DNA of 41,862 nucleotides from an uncultured Erysipelotrichaceae bacterium (GTDB lineage Bacteria > Bacillota_I > Bacilli_A > RF39 > UBA660). Below the pieces are notes generated by a model, which had not been told where the DNA came from, did no database searches, and saw nothing but the letters and a program-made list of their open reading frames with translations. Of this stretch, positions 7,981-16,766 are shown piece by piece; position 1 is the stretch's first letter, and every line of letters starts with the position of its first letter. The position numbers and the translations under genes were made by a program. The stretch covers positions 1-41,862 of the forward strand of contig CACZPQ010000031.1 of the NCBI GenBank assembly GCA_902783185.1, given 5' to 3'.

Positions 7981-9035
7981 TTATTTCTATCTAAGAATAA
8001 TTGCCAAATCATTCCAAGTCCATATAGAAATACAAGTATTGAACATATAGGACCAAATACAGGAATAAATGCAACAATCTTAACAATTAATATACCTATA
8101 ATCATACTTAAATATATATTTTCTTTTTGATTAAATAAATTAGTATAAATATTATAACCAATTACTGTTGAAGTTAGAATAGTTGAAATCATAATAGCTA
8201 TAATATATAACATTAATAACATTATAGATACACTTAATCCAACAATAATAGATAAAGCCACAACACATATCATAGGTACAGCAAATAATACTAATAAACC
8301 ATATAATAAATTCATACCAATATCTTTTGGTTGTAGATCATATTTAATCTTTTTAAATATTTTTGGGAATATTAATACTAATAATAAACCTGTAAAAATA
8401 GTTTTAAGAATATCTAATACATAATCACTCATCTTTGCTGAAAAATCAATATTAACTCTTGTACTTTGATATTTTTCAGTTTTATTAGCACTTAATCCTT
8501 TTTCATTATTAATAATTGCATCATCATTTACTTTTAAAGTACCATTGATTTTTACATCACCAGCTATATCAATAGTGTTTGCTGCTAAGTTAACATCACC
8601 ATTTATTGTTACATTGTCAAATTTAATTAATGATCCTGCAGCAAATATTGCTCCATCAATACTTCCTTCAATTGTTATACTATTTCCTGCTAAGTATGCA
8701 TCTCTTCCAACATTAGCATCTTTGCTAATAGTTACAGTATTACCTGCAGCAAATAAATCTTTTTCAATTATTCCATTTACTTTAACAGTTTCGCCAGCAA
8801 AGAACCCATACTCTTTATTTCCAGTGATATCTACATTAGAACCAGCAACAAATGATAAACCATTAACATTACTCTTTGATGTAACTATATTACCTGCTTC
8901 AAAATGTGAATGTTCATATGTTCCACTGTCATTAACATTTTCATCTGCACTAAAGTATTCTTCAGCACTAGCCGTACTAAATACAACAAACATAGAGCAA
9001 ATAATAATCAATAATCCTAATAATTTCTTCTTCAT
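7977..9035 (-). CDS. Membrane protein: signal peptide, bactofilin-like beta-helix repeat ectodomain, C-terminal polytopic domain
   Basis: 352 aa. N-terminal signal MKKKLLGLLIIICSMFVVFSTASA. Iterated short repeats (AGN.V.I., GS.I.F.NV.INGDV, AAN.IDIAGDVKINGT). About 5 C-terminal TM helices. Confidence 0.7.
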   Translation of the reverse strand: MKKKLLGLLIIICSMFVVFSTASAEEYFSADENVNDSGTYEHSHFEAGNIVTSKSNVNGLSFVAGSNVDITGNKEYGFFAGETVKVNGIIEKDLFAAGNTVTISKDANVGRDAYLAGNSITIEGSIDGAIFAAGSLIKFDNVTINGDVNLAANTIDIAGDVKINGTLKVNDDAIINNEKGLSANKTEKYQSTRVNIDFSAKMSDYVLDILKTIFTGLLLVLIFPKIFKKIKYDLQPKDIGMNLLYGLLVLFAVPMICVVALSIIVGLSVSIMLLMLYIIAIMISTILTSTVIGYNIYTNLFNQKENIYLSMIIGILIVKIVAFIPVFGPICSILVFLYGLGMIWQLFLDRNK

Positions 9036-9089
9036 ATTTTTTCTCCTTTTCTAATAAAATATTAACATTATTTATAATTTATTACAATA

Positions 9090-9998
9090 TTAATTTATTT
9101 TATTTATTGCTTCTTTTATAACATCAATAGAGTTTTGTAATTTTTTAGTTTCTTCATCATTAAGATTAAAAAATATTTTATTAATTACACCTAATCTACC
9201 TAATATACAAGGTAATCCAACATATACATCATTGTTTTTATCGTAATTAGATACAACCATTACTGATTTTTCATCACCTAAAATTGCATTTGTAATTCTT
9301 ACTAAACAAACACCAATACCATATGATGTATTTCCTTTTTTATCTATTATTTCATATGCTGCATTTCTTACATTATTTTCTATTTCTTTCTTTTCATGAT
9401 CAGATAAAAAATCATCTATATTTTGTAAACCTACATTAACATTAGACCACGGAATAAATTCACTATCCCCATGTTCTCCAATAACATAACCATGAACATT
9501 TTTAGGATTAATACCTAATTTATCTCCAACTAAATATCTTAATCTAGATGTATCTAAAAATGTTCCCGATCCAATAACTTTACGAGTTGGAAGTCCAGAA
9601 TATTTCCATGTAATATAAGTCATAACATCAAGAGGGTTAGTAGCAACTAGGAATATTCCATTAAAACCATTTTTCATTACATTTTTAATTATTTCTTTAA
9701 ATATTTTTGCATTTTTATAAATAAGATCCATTCTTGTTTCACCGCTCTTTTGATTAGCACCAGCAGCAATAACAATTAATTTAGCATCTTTACAATCTTC
9801 ATAAGTTCCTACTTTTATATCTATTTTTGATGGTGAATATGGCATACAATGATTTAAATCCATTACTTCACCTTTAACTCTATTCTTATCTAAATCAATT
9901 AAACATAATTCATTTACATGTGTTTTTTGATTAACTAAAGCATAAGCATACGACATACCAACATTACCACAACCAATAATTATTACTTTATTCTTCAT
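9090..9998 (-). CDS. ldh: L-lactate dehydrogenase
   Basis: 302 aa. Rossmann motif IIGCGNVG, substrate-Arg region GSGTFLDTSRLR and catalytic-His motif IGEHGDSE. Confidence 0.93.
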   Translation of the reverse strand: MKNKVIIIGCGNVGMSYAYALVNQKTHVNELCLIDLDKNRVKGEVMDLNHCMPYSPSKIDIKVGTYEDCKDAKLIVIAAGANQKSGETRMDLIYKNAKIFKEIIKNVMKNGFNGIFLVATNPLDVMTYITWKYSGLPTRKVIGSGTFLDTSRLRYLVGDKLGINPKNVHGYVIGEHGDSEFIPWSNVNVGLQNIDDFLSDHEKKEIENNVRNAAYEIIDKKGNTSYGIGVCLVRITNAILGDEKSVMVVSNYDKNNDVYVGLPCILGRLGVINKIFFNLNDEETKKLQNSIDVIKEAINKIN

Positions 9999-10026
9999 GA
10001 TATCCCTCTATTCTATTTATATTATA

Positions 10027-10060
10027 ATAAAAAAATACTAAATAGTAAATTATTTAGTAT
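10027..10060 (-). terminator. Intrinsic terminator after the P-type ATPase gene
   Basis: Stem ATACTAAATA (10035-10044) / TATTTAGTAT (10051-10060). A T-run follows on the minus strand. Confidence 0.6.
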
Positions 10061-12420
10061 TAATTAACTTTATATATATCAGATTCTACTTTAATAGTTG
10101 AATCTAATTTACTAAATATCTTAGTAATTATAAAATTAAGTAGTTTATAAATATAGAATGAATCTATTGCTAATACAATAACTATTAAATAACTAACATT
10201 ATCCATTGGTATTAAGTTAAAGAATGTTGGTTGAAAGAATAAACAATAAATAAATCCAGTTGTCATTACACCAAATAATGTACCTCTAAATATATTTAAT
10301 GGATAACATATTTTAAATAAATAATATAAACCAGTAATAGTTGTTAAAATAACACTAATGCTACTTTGTAGTTCATAAGATAAACCAAATACTGCTGAGA
10401 AAGCAGATACAATTACTACATTAAATACAACTGTAAGAGCTGTTGGTAGTGCTTTAGCAAATATTTTAAATAAGAAATTACCTTCAACTAATTTATCATT
10501 AGGTTCTAATGCTAGAATAAATGATGGTGCACCAATAGTAAATGTTGTAATAAATGTTAATTGTATTGGAATAAAGAAATATTTTTGAAATGATAATATA
10601 CTAAATATTATTAACATTATTGTATATAATGTTTTAACTAGTAATAATGAAGCAGATCTTTCAACATTATTAATTGTTTGTCTTCCTTCAGCAACAACTT
10701 TAGGTAGTGAATTAAAATCATCATCTAATAAAATTAATTGAGAAACATTTCTTGCTGCATCAGTGCCAGATTTTACAGAAATTGCACAATCACTTTCTTT
10801 TAGTGCCAATACATCATTTACACCATCACCAGTCATTGCAACAGTATGGCCATTCTTTTTTAGATGTTTAATTATTAATTGTTTTTGATATGGTTTAACT
10901 CTACCAAAAACTTGATATTCATCAATCACATTATCTAATTCTTCATCAGTTAATTCACCAATATCAATACCTTTAATATCTTCAAGACCAACACGTCTAG
11001 CAATAGACATAACAGTTTTTACATTATCACCAGATATTATTTTAACTAATACATCATTGTTTTTAAAATAATCTAGTGTTTCTTTAGCTGATGGTCTAAT
11101 TAAATCCTCAACTAATACATATCCAATTGGTTCAATTCCTTTTAAATTAGTATCTATTTTACCCTTTTTCATTCCAAGAGCAACAACTCTATAATCTTCA
11201 ATATATTTATCTATTTTCTTATCTACTTTATTTTTTAAAACAACATCTGGTGCTCCTAAATATAGTGAATAATCATCAAATTCTAAAGCGGAATACTTTC
11301 TATCAGAAGAAAAATCTATTCTATCTTTTGCTTCTACTCTATCACCTTTAAAATAATCCTTTAAAGCCATCATTGTAGCATTAGTATCATTACTTGCTAA
11401 TGTATATAAAGATAAATATTCTTCTACTTTAGCAGCACTATTTCTTTTAGCACCAATGATTTCTTTTACGGCCATTTTACCTTCTGTTAAAGTTCCTGTT
11501 TTATCAAGACATATTGCATCTACTCTTGCCAAAGTTTCAATGGCATATAATTGTTGTACTAAAACATGTACCTTATAAAGTTTTATAACACCAACAGCCA
11601 TAACAGATGAAGTTAATAATACTAACCCTTCAGGTATCATTCCAATAAGGGAAGCAACAGATGTAAATATTGAATCTGCAAAATTATTAGTTACAAAATA
11701 TTGATTAATCATCATTATTATTCCAATTGGGATAATAAGAATAGATAATATTTTTAGCATTTTAGTAAATGATTCCATTACAACAGAATTAACATCTTTT
11801 TTATACTTAGCAGCATTAGATATTTGAGATACATAATTATCTTTACCAACATGAATTACTTGAGCATATGCATTACCAGAAACTATAAAAGAACCAGAAA
11901 GTAACTCATCTCCTTTTTTCTTCTTTATTGAATCACTTTCACCAGTAATTAATGATTCGTTTACTTCAAGTTCACCATCAACAACGATTGAATCTGCAAC
12001 AACTTGATGACCAAGTGATAATTTTATAACATCATCTAATACTATTTCTTCTAAAGAAAGTTCTTTAATTACTCCATCTCTTAAAGTATCTACTTTACTT
12101 TCAGACATAACTGATAATCTATCAATAATAATTTTTGATATTATTTCTTCAACAATACTAATAATAGAATTAACAATAATAACTCCCATAAATAGGCAGT
12201 TCTTTAATCCATAAAACATATTACCTTTAAACAAACTTGCAATAAAAACTGCTGCACCTAAAGCTATATTTAAGAAATTAAAATATGTAAAAAAATTATC
12301 TCTTATTATTTCCTTAATAGATTTAGTTTTTGGGACATCATTATAATTAACTAGACCTTTTTTAATTCTAGATTCTACTTCTTTGCTAGTTAAACCAACT
12401 TTAATATCTATTTTTTCCAT
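10060..12420 (-). CDS. Cation-translocating P-type ATPase (HAD-IC family); ion specificity not determinable
   Basis: 786 aa. Motifs ITGESDS (TGES), CLDKTGTLT (phosphorylation site) and MTGDGVNDVLALK (hinge). Multiple TM helices at both ends. Confidence 0.92.
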   Translation of the reverse strand: MEKIDIKVGLTSKEVESRIKKGLVNYNDVPKTKSIKEIIRDNFFTYFNFLNIALGAAVFIASLFKGNMFYGLKNCLFMGVIIVNSIISIVEEIISKIIIDRLSVMSESKVDTLRDGVIKELSLEEIVLDDVIKLSLGHQVVADSIVVDGELEVNESLITGESDSIKKKKGDELLSGSFIVSGNAYAQVIHVGKDNYVSQISNAAKYKKDVNSVVMESFTKMLKILSILIIPIGIIMMINQYFVTNNFADSIFTSVASLIGMIPEGLVLLTSSVMAVGVIKLYKVHVLVQQLYAIETLARVDAICLDKTGTLTEGKMAVKEIIGAKRNSAAKVEEYLSLYTLASNDTNATMMALKDYFKGDRVEAKDRIDFSSDRKYSALEFDDYSLYLGAPDVVLKNKVDKKIDKYIEDYRVVALGMKKGKIDTNLKGIEPIGYVLVEDLIRPSAKETLDYFKNNDVLVKIISGDNVKTVMSIARRVGLEDIKGIDIGELTDEELDNVIDEYQVFGRVKPYQKQLIIKHLKKNGHTVAMTGDGVNDVLALKESDCAISVKSGTDAARNVSQLILLDDDFNSLPKVVAEGRQTINNVERSASLLLVKTLYTIMLIIFSILSFQKYFFIPIQLTFITTFTIGAPSFILALEPNDKLVEGNFLFKIFAKALPTALTVVFNVVIVSAFSAVFGLSYELQSSISVILTTITGLYYLFKICYPLNIFRGTLFGVMTTGFIYCLFFQPTFFNLIPMDNVSYLIVIVLAIDSFYIYKLLNFIITKIFSKLDSTIKVESDIYKVN

Positions 12421-12510
12421 AAAACCACACCCAATATCTCATTAAAATCATATCATATATTATTATTAAACTAATAGAATAAAATATTCACTAGACATAT
12501 TTTTAGTAAA

Positions 12511-12538
12511 GTAAAAAACTACTAATAATTAGTAGTTT
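12511..12538 (-). terminator. Intrinsic terminator after the VanY-like gene
   Basis: Stem AAACTACTAA (12516-12525) / TTAGTAGTTT (12529-12538) with a 3-nt loop. Confidence 0.5.
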
Positions 12539-13746
12539 TAATCACTATATTTACTTGTAATACCAAAATAATTCTCTAATGTAATCCAATCACCATTATT
12601 ATATAGTTTTTCAGCTAATTCTTTACCTACATATCTAAAATGCCATGATTCATATTTATATCCTGTTTCATTTGTTTTACCATTTGGATATCTTAAAATT
12701 AAACCAAACTTATATGCATTCTTAGCCATCCATTTAGCACCAGGAGTATTTGCATAAGCAGATGTTATGCAACCATCTCCACCACCACACATATCAAATC
12801 CTAAACCAGTGTGATGTTCTGAGTGTCCAGGTCTTGCAGTTCCTGAATCAGCAAATTCAATACCATTAGAGTTTTTACGCCCAGTCCATAAGCTATTTTG
12901 AGTAGCATAAGATCTAAAACCAGATGCTATATAAAGATTTATTCCATCTTCTTTTGCTGCAGCCATCATTTGTTTTGCTGCATTACAAGTAGTACTATTT
13001 AATACTTGATTATTATTACATTTAACTGGATCAAATGGATACATACTCTTAGGTACAGAATATGTTTTATTAACAATCATAAAACCATCAATATATGTTA
13101 TTCCATTTTTTACTTCTCCCTTAAATCCCTTAGATGTTGTAAATGTTTTATCAACTTGATTTGTAGGAGTTGTTTCTTTTTTTGGTTCTTCTTTCTTTTT
13201 AGTAACTTTAAGAGTAAACTCTTCTTTTTTTACATTTCCAGAAGAATCTTTAGCTACATAAAATAGCTTATATTCACCTTCTTTATTAAAATCATATTCA
13301 CCTTCAACTGTTACTTCAATATCTTCTTTTGAATTATCAGTTGCACTAACACCCTTAAGTAAATCTATTTTAGTACCTGCTTCTGTTGATATTTCTTTTT
13401 CATATGTTATTACAGGATCTTCTTTATCCACAACAATAATTGTAATTTTATATTCATGTTCTTTTTTATGATTATCCTCTACTCTTAGTTTTACTTCAAT
13501 AGTACCAAGTAAAGACGTATCAATACGTTCTTTTTCAGTTAAAATATTACCATTTTCAATCTTAGTTATAAAATCAGTATTATATACTTCATCAAAAATA
13601 TTTACTTCATTATTATCCGTATAATTAAATACTAATTGATCTTTATTAAAATATATAATTAAACCAACTATAAGCCCAATTATTACTAATGCAGATATTA
13701 CAGTTATTATAAATTCTTTCCTTATTCTTCTACGTTTTTTCTTCAT
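12538..13746 (-). CDS. Membrane-anchored D-alanyl-D-alanine carboxypeptidase, peptidase M15B (VanY) family, with Ig-like spacer domains
   Basis: 402 aa. N-terminal KKKRRR followed by a TM helix. C-terminal motifs SGFRSY, SEHHTGLGFD and ESWHFRYVG match the VanY zinc-ligand pattern. Confidence 0.85.
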   Translation of the reverse strand: MKKKRRRIRKEFIITVISALVIIGLIVGLIIYFNKDQLVFNYTDNNEVNIFDEVYNTDFITKIENGNILTEKERIDTSLLGTIEVKLRVEDNHKKEHEYKITIIVVDKEDPVITYEKEISTEAGTKIDLLKGVSATDNSKEDIEVTVEGEYDFNKEGEYKLFYVAKDSSGNVKKEEFTLKVTKKKEEPKKETTPTNQVDKTFTTSKGFKGEVKNGITYIDGFMIVNKTYSVPKSMYPFDPVKCNNNQVLNSTTCNAAKQMMAAAKEDGINLYIASGFRSYATQNSLWTGRKNSNGIEFADSGTARPGHSEHHTGLGFDMCGGGDGCITSAYANTPGAKWMAKNAYKFGLILRYPNGKTNETGYKYESWHFRYVGKELAEKLYNNGDWITLENYFGITSKYSD

Positions 13747-13786
13747 AAATATACTCCTCTTTATTTAGATAATTATAATACATATA

Positions 13787-13813
13787 ACAAAAAAAATCTA
13801 GTCACCTAGATTT
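13787..13813 (-). terminator. Intrinsic terminator after pfk
   Basis: Stem AAATCTAG (13794-13801) / CTAGATTT (13806-13813). A T-run follows on the minus strand. Confidence 0.6.
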
Positions 13814-13814
13814 C

Positions 13815-15041
13815 TTATTTTCTTAATAAATGTTGTGGAATACCATCCTTATAGATAGGTTGTAGTTCACCAATAATTAGTGGTTTAGCATAATCAATAA
13901 ATTCTTGTTTCATTTGGTTATTATCTAAATCTATCCATTCAATAGGTACTTTCTTTTCAACATTAGCAATATCATGAATATCATATATTCCTGTTTCACA
14001 AGAGTATGGATTAGATGATTTTCTTACTAATGTTACCATCATTCCAGTATTACCATTATTTGCTTCCTCAACAGCCTTTTCTCCAACCATTTCTGCTTCG
14101 TTAATATCAGTTAGAGATGCTATATGAGATGCTGCTCTTTGAAGTGTTGAGAACTCAATTGCTCTTGTTTTAAATCCTGTTTCTTTAGCTATAATATTTG
14201 CTAATGTAGTAGCAGTACCAGATAATTGTTTATGACCAAATGCATCAACTGATCTATCTCCATCGGATAGTTCACAAATAAACTTACCATCTTTATCATG
14301 AATTCCTTCAGATACAGCAACAACAATACTTGATTTAGTTTCAGATAGTTTCTTAATATTTTCAATGAATTTATCTAATTCAAAGTCCACTTCAGGTAAA
14401 TATATAGCATCAACACCTTCACCAGTTTCATCTTTTGCTAAAGCAGCAGCTGCAGTTAACCATCCAGCATTTCTACCCATTATTTCTACGATACAAACTG
14501 TTAATCTATTTTTAGAAAATGATGCATTATCTCTAATTACTTCTCTTAAACTAGTTGCTATATATTTAGCACAACTACCATAACCTGGACAATGATCAGT
14601 TATAGGTAAATCATTATCTATTGTTTTAGGTACACCCATAAATACTTGAGTTTTATTATGTTCTTTAGCATAATCAGATAACATTTTAATTGTATCCATA
14701 GAATCATTACCACCTGTGTAAAAGAATGCATCTATTTCATGTTTTTCTAATATACTAAATATTTTTTCATATACATCTTCATTTCCTTCAACCTTAGGAA
14801 GTTTATATCTACAAGATCCTAAGAAAGCAGCTGGAGTTCTTTTTAATAATTCATAATTATTATTATCACTTAGATAATCATCTAAATCTATAAAATTTTC
14901 TTCTAAAAAGCCTTCAATTCCATGTACCATACCATATACATGTTCAACACCTAATTCTTTTGCTTTTTTATATACACCTGCTACTGAAGAATTAATAACA
15001 GATGTAGGTCCACCAGATTGACCAACTATTATATTTTTCAT
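13815..15041 (-). CDS. pfk: 6-phosphofructokinase family enzyme with a PPi-type residue signature
   Basis: 408 aa. Motifs QSGGPTSVINS, TGGNDSMD, GVPKTIDNDL and IMGRNAGWL. Confidence 0.9.
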   Translation of the reverse strand: MKNIIVGQSGGPTSVINSSVAGVYKKAKELGVEHVYGMVHGIEGFLEENFIDLDDYLSDNNNYELLKRTPAAFLGSCRYKLPKVEGNEDVYEKIFSILEKHEIDAFFYTGGNDSMDTIKMLSDYAKEHNKTQVFMGVPKTIDNDLPITDHCPGYGSCAKYIATSLREVIRDNASFSKNRLTVCIVEIMGRNAGWLTAAAALAKDETGEGVDAIYLPEVDFELDKFIENIKKLSETKSSIVVAVSEGIHDKDGKFICELSDGDRSVDAFGHKQLSGTATTLANIIAKETGFKTRAIEFSTLQRAASHIASLTDINEAEMVGEKAVEEANNGNTGMMVTLVRKSSNPYSCETGIYDIHDIANVEKKVPIEWIDLDNNQMKQEFIDYAKPLIIGELQPIYKDGIPQHLLRK

Positions 15042-15102
15042 ATAATTACCTCTTTTCCATATGTTATTATATCATTAAATTATAAATATTTAAATTTTTT
15101 TA

Positions 15103-15131
15103 TTGACTGTATTATGCATATTTGCTATCAT
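15103..15131 (+). promoter_or_regulatory. Promoter of the XRE/Bro-N pair
   Basis: TTGACT (15103-15108), a 17-nt spacer, then TGC-TATCAT (-10 at 15126-15131 with a TG extension). Confidence 0.5.
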
Positions 15132-15151
15132 GTAAGTAAGGAGTGATATAA

Positions 15152-15397
15152 ATGAAAAATATAAATAAAGAAATTATTAATGATGATGAATTTGATTTAA
15201 TATGTAAATATATAAAAATTAGATATGAATCAAATGTAAGTCAAAGAGAGTTAGCTAAAAGAATTGGAATAGCGCAATCTACCATAGCAAGGATGGAAAA
15301 AAATTTACATTCCATGTCTATTGGTAATTTTACCAAGCTATTATCATCACTTGGATATAAATTAGAAATTTTAAAACAGGAGGAAAAAAATGAATAA
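15152..15397 (+). CDS. XRE-family helix-turn-helix transcriptional regulator (81 aa)
   Basis: HTH SQRELAKRIGIAQSTIARMEKN. SD AAGGAG. Confidence 0.85.
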   Translation: MKNINKEIINDDEFDLICKYIKIRYESNVSQRELAKRIGIAQSTIARMEKNLHSMSIGNFTKLLSSLGYKLEILKQEEKNE

Positions 15398-16247
15398 CAA
15401 TAAATTAGAAACTTTAACAAATTTATTTGAAAATAATGAAATTAGAAGTATATGGGATAGTGAAAAAGAAGAATACTATTTTAGTGTTGTTGATGTTATT
15501 AATGCACTAGCAAATCCAAAGGAACCAAGAAAATATTGGAATGATTTAAAAAAGAAACTGACAAACGAAGGAAGTGAGTTGTCCGAAAAAATCGGACAAC
15601 TAAAATTAAGATCTAATAAAGATGGCAAAATGTATAAAACAGACACATTAGATACTGCTGGAATTTTTAGACTTATTGAATCTGTTCCGTCACCTAAGGC
15701 TGAACCATTTAAAGTATGGCTTTCTAATTTAGGTAAAGAAAGAATTGATGAGGTTTTTGATCCAGAAATTGCTGCTAATAGGGTTGTAAATTATTACCGA
15801 GCAAAAGGATATAGTGATGAATGGATTAAGCAAAGACTAATTGGTATTGTCGATAGATTTAAATTAACTGATATTTGGAAAGATGGTGGAATAGATAAAC
15901 CAATTGAATATGCATTACTTACAAATGAAATATATAAAACTTGGTCTGATATGAAAGCAAATGAATATAAAGCATTTAAGGGCTTAAGAAAAGAATCATT
16001 AAGAGATAATATGACTGATATTGAACTTGCATTAACTAATCTTGGTGAGTTAACTACTAGAGATATTGCCGAAAATGAACACCCAAAAGGGCTAAAAGAA
16101 AACATGAAAGTGGCCAAACGTGGTGGCAAAGTAGCAAAAGATGCTAGAGATTCGTATGAAAAAGCAACAAAAAAATCAGCTATTTCAAATACGAATATGC
16201 TAAATTATAAATATTTAAATGATAAAGAAAAATTAAACAATAAATAA
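15390..16247 (+). CDS. Bro-N domain protein (phage antirepressor-like), 285 aa
   Basis: FENNEIRSIWDSEKEEYYFSVVDVINAL and IESVPSPKAEPFKVWL match Bro-N family hallmarks. The start overlaps the XRE stop by 8 nt. Confidence 0.8.
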   Translation: MNNNKLETLTNLFENNEIRSIWDSEKEEYYFSVVDVINALANPKEPRKYWNDLKKKLTNEGSELSEKIGQLKLRSNKDGKMYKTDTLDTAGIFRLIESVPSPKAEPFKVWLSNLGKERIDEVFDPEIAANRVVNYYRAKGYSDEWIKQRLIGIVDRFKLTDIWKDGGIDKPIEYALLTNEIYKTWSDMKANEYKAFKGLRKESLRDNMTDIELALTNLGELTTRDIAENEHPKGLKENMKVAKRGGKVAKDARDSYEKATKKSAISNTNMLNYKYLNDKEKLNNK

Positions 16248-16287
16248 AATATAATACATGATATAATTTACAAAGAGGTGAATTAAT

Positions 16288-16740
16288 TTGAATGAAATGA
16301 TTAAAAATTCCATTGATGCAAGAAAACAAGCAATTTTTAATGCTTATAATATTGACAATAAAGAAATAGAAAAGACTATTAATGATTTCTTTACTGAATT
16401 AGAAAAATTTGCATCTAAATATAATGATGTAATGGATTTTGAAACTGCTTTTTCTTCCTCTGATTTAAATCAAAAGTACATTAATTTATTTACTGAAGTT
16501 GGAAGTAAATGCAAACCAAAGGTATTTGAATCAGAAGAATACATTGAAAGTACTGATAATAATATTACAAGTGATGCACAATATTTAATGGACGATTTAA
16601 CACAACCAATGAGAAGAGAAGCAAGACAAAAAGTAGATGATGCATTAAGATCAACACCAATTGTTGGTGATATTATGGAAGTTAAGCAACATATAGATTT
16701 ATTTAATAAATTTAAAAAAAACAATAAAGATGGTGAATAA
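16288..16740 (+). CDS. Hypothetical acidic 150-aa protein
   Basis: TTG start preceded by SD AAAGAGGTG. Ends at a bidirectional terminator. No recognisable motif. Confidence 0.55.
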   Translation: MNEMIKNSIDARKQAIFNAYNIDNKEIEKTINDFFTELEKFASKYNDVMDFETAFSSSDLNQKYINLFTEVGSKCKPKVFESEEYIESTDNNITSDAQYLMDDLTQPMRREARQKVDDALRSTPIVGDIMEVKQHIDLFNKFKKNNKDGE

Positions 16741-16742
16741 AA

Positions 16743-16766
16743 AATAATCTAGATAACTAGATTATT
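16743..16766. terminator. Bidirectional intrinsic terminator
   Basis: Perfect 10-bp stem AATAATCTAG (16743-16752) / CTAGATTATT (16757-16766), flanked by an A-run and a T-run. Confidence 0.7.

Noticed and set aside
8545-9054. 169-aa plus-strand ORF antisense to the 352-aa membrane protein gene
   Set aside because: It lies entirely within a better-supported minus-strand gene that has a signal peptide, TM helices, an SD and a terminator. It has no SD of its own. Its openness comes from the repetitive, codon-biased beta-helix repeat region on the other strand.
15578-15600. Perfect hairpin GTTGTCCG-N7-CGGACAAC inside the Bro-N coding region, which shares the core CCGAAAAATCGGAC with the tRNA-Trp terminator (36642-36659)
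   Set aside because: The Bro-N copy lies in frame, encoding ELSEKIGQL, and has no T-run. The shared 14-mer is short enough to be coincidence. I have no evidence for a repeat family from only two copies.
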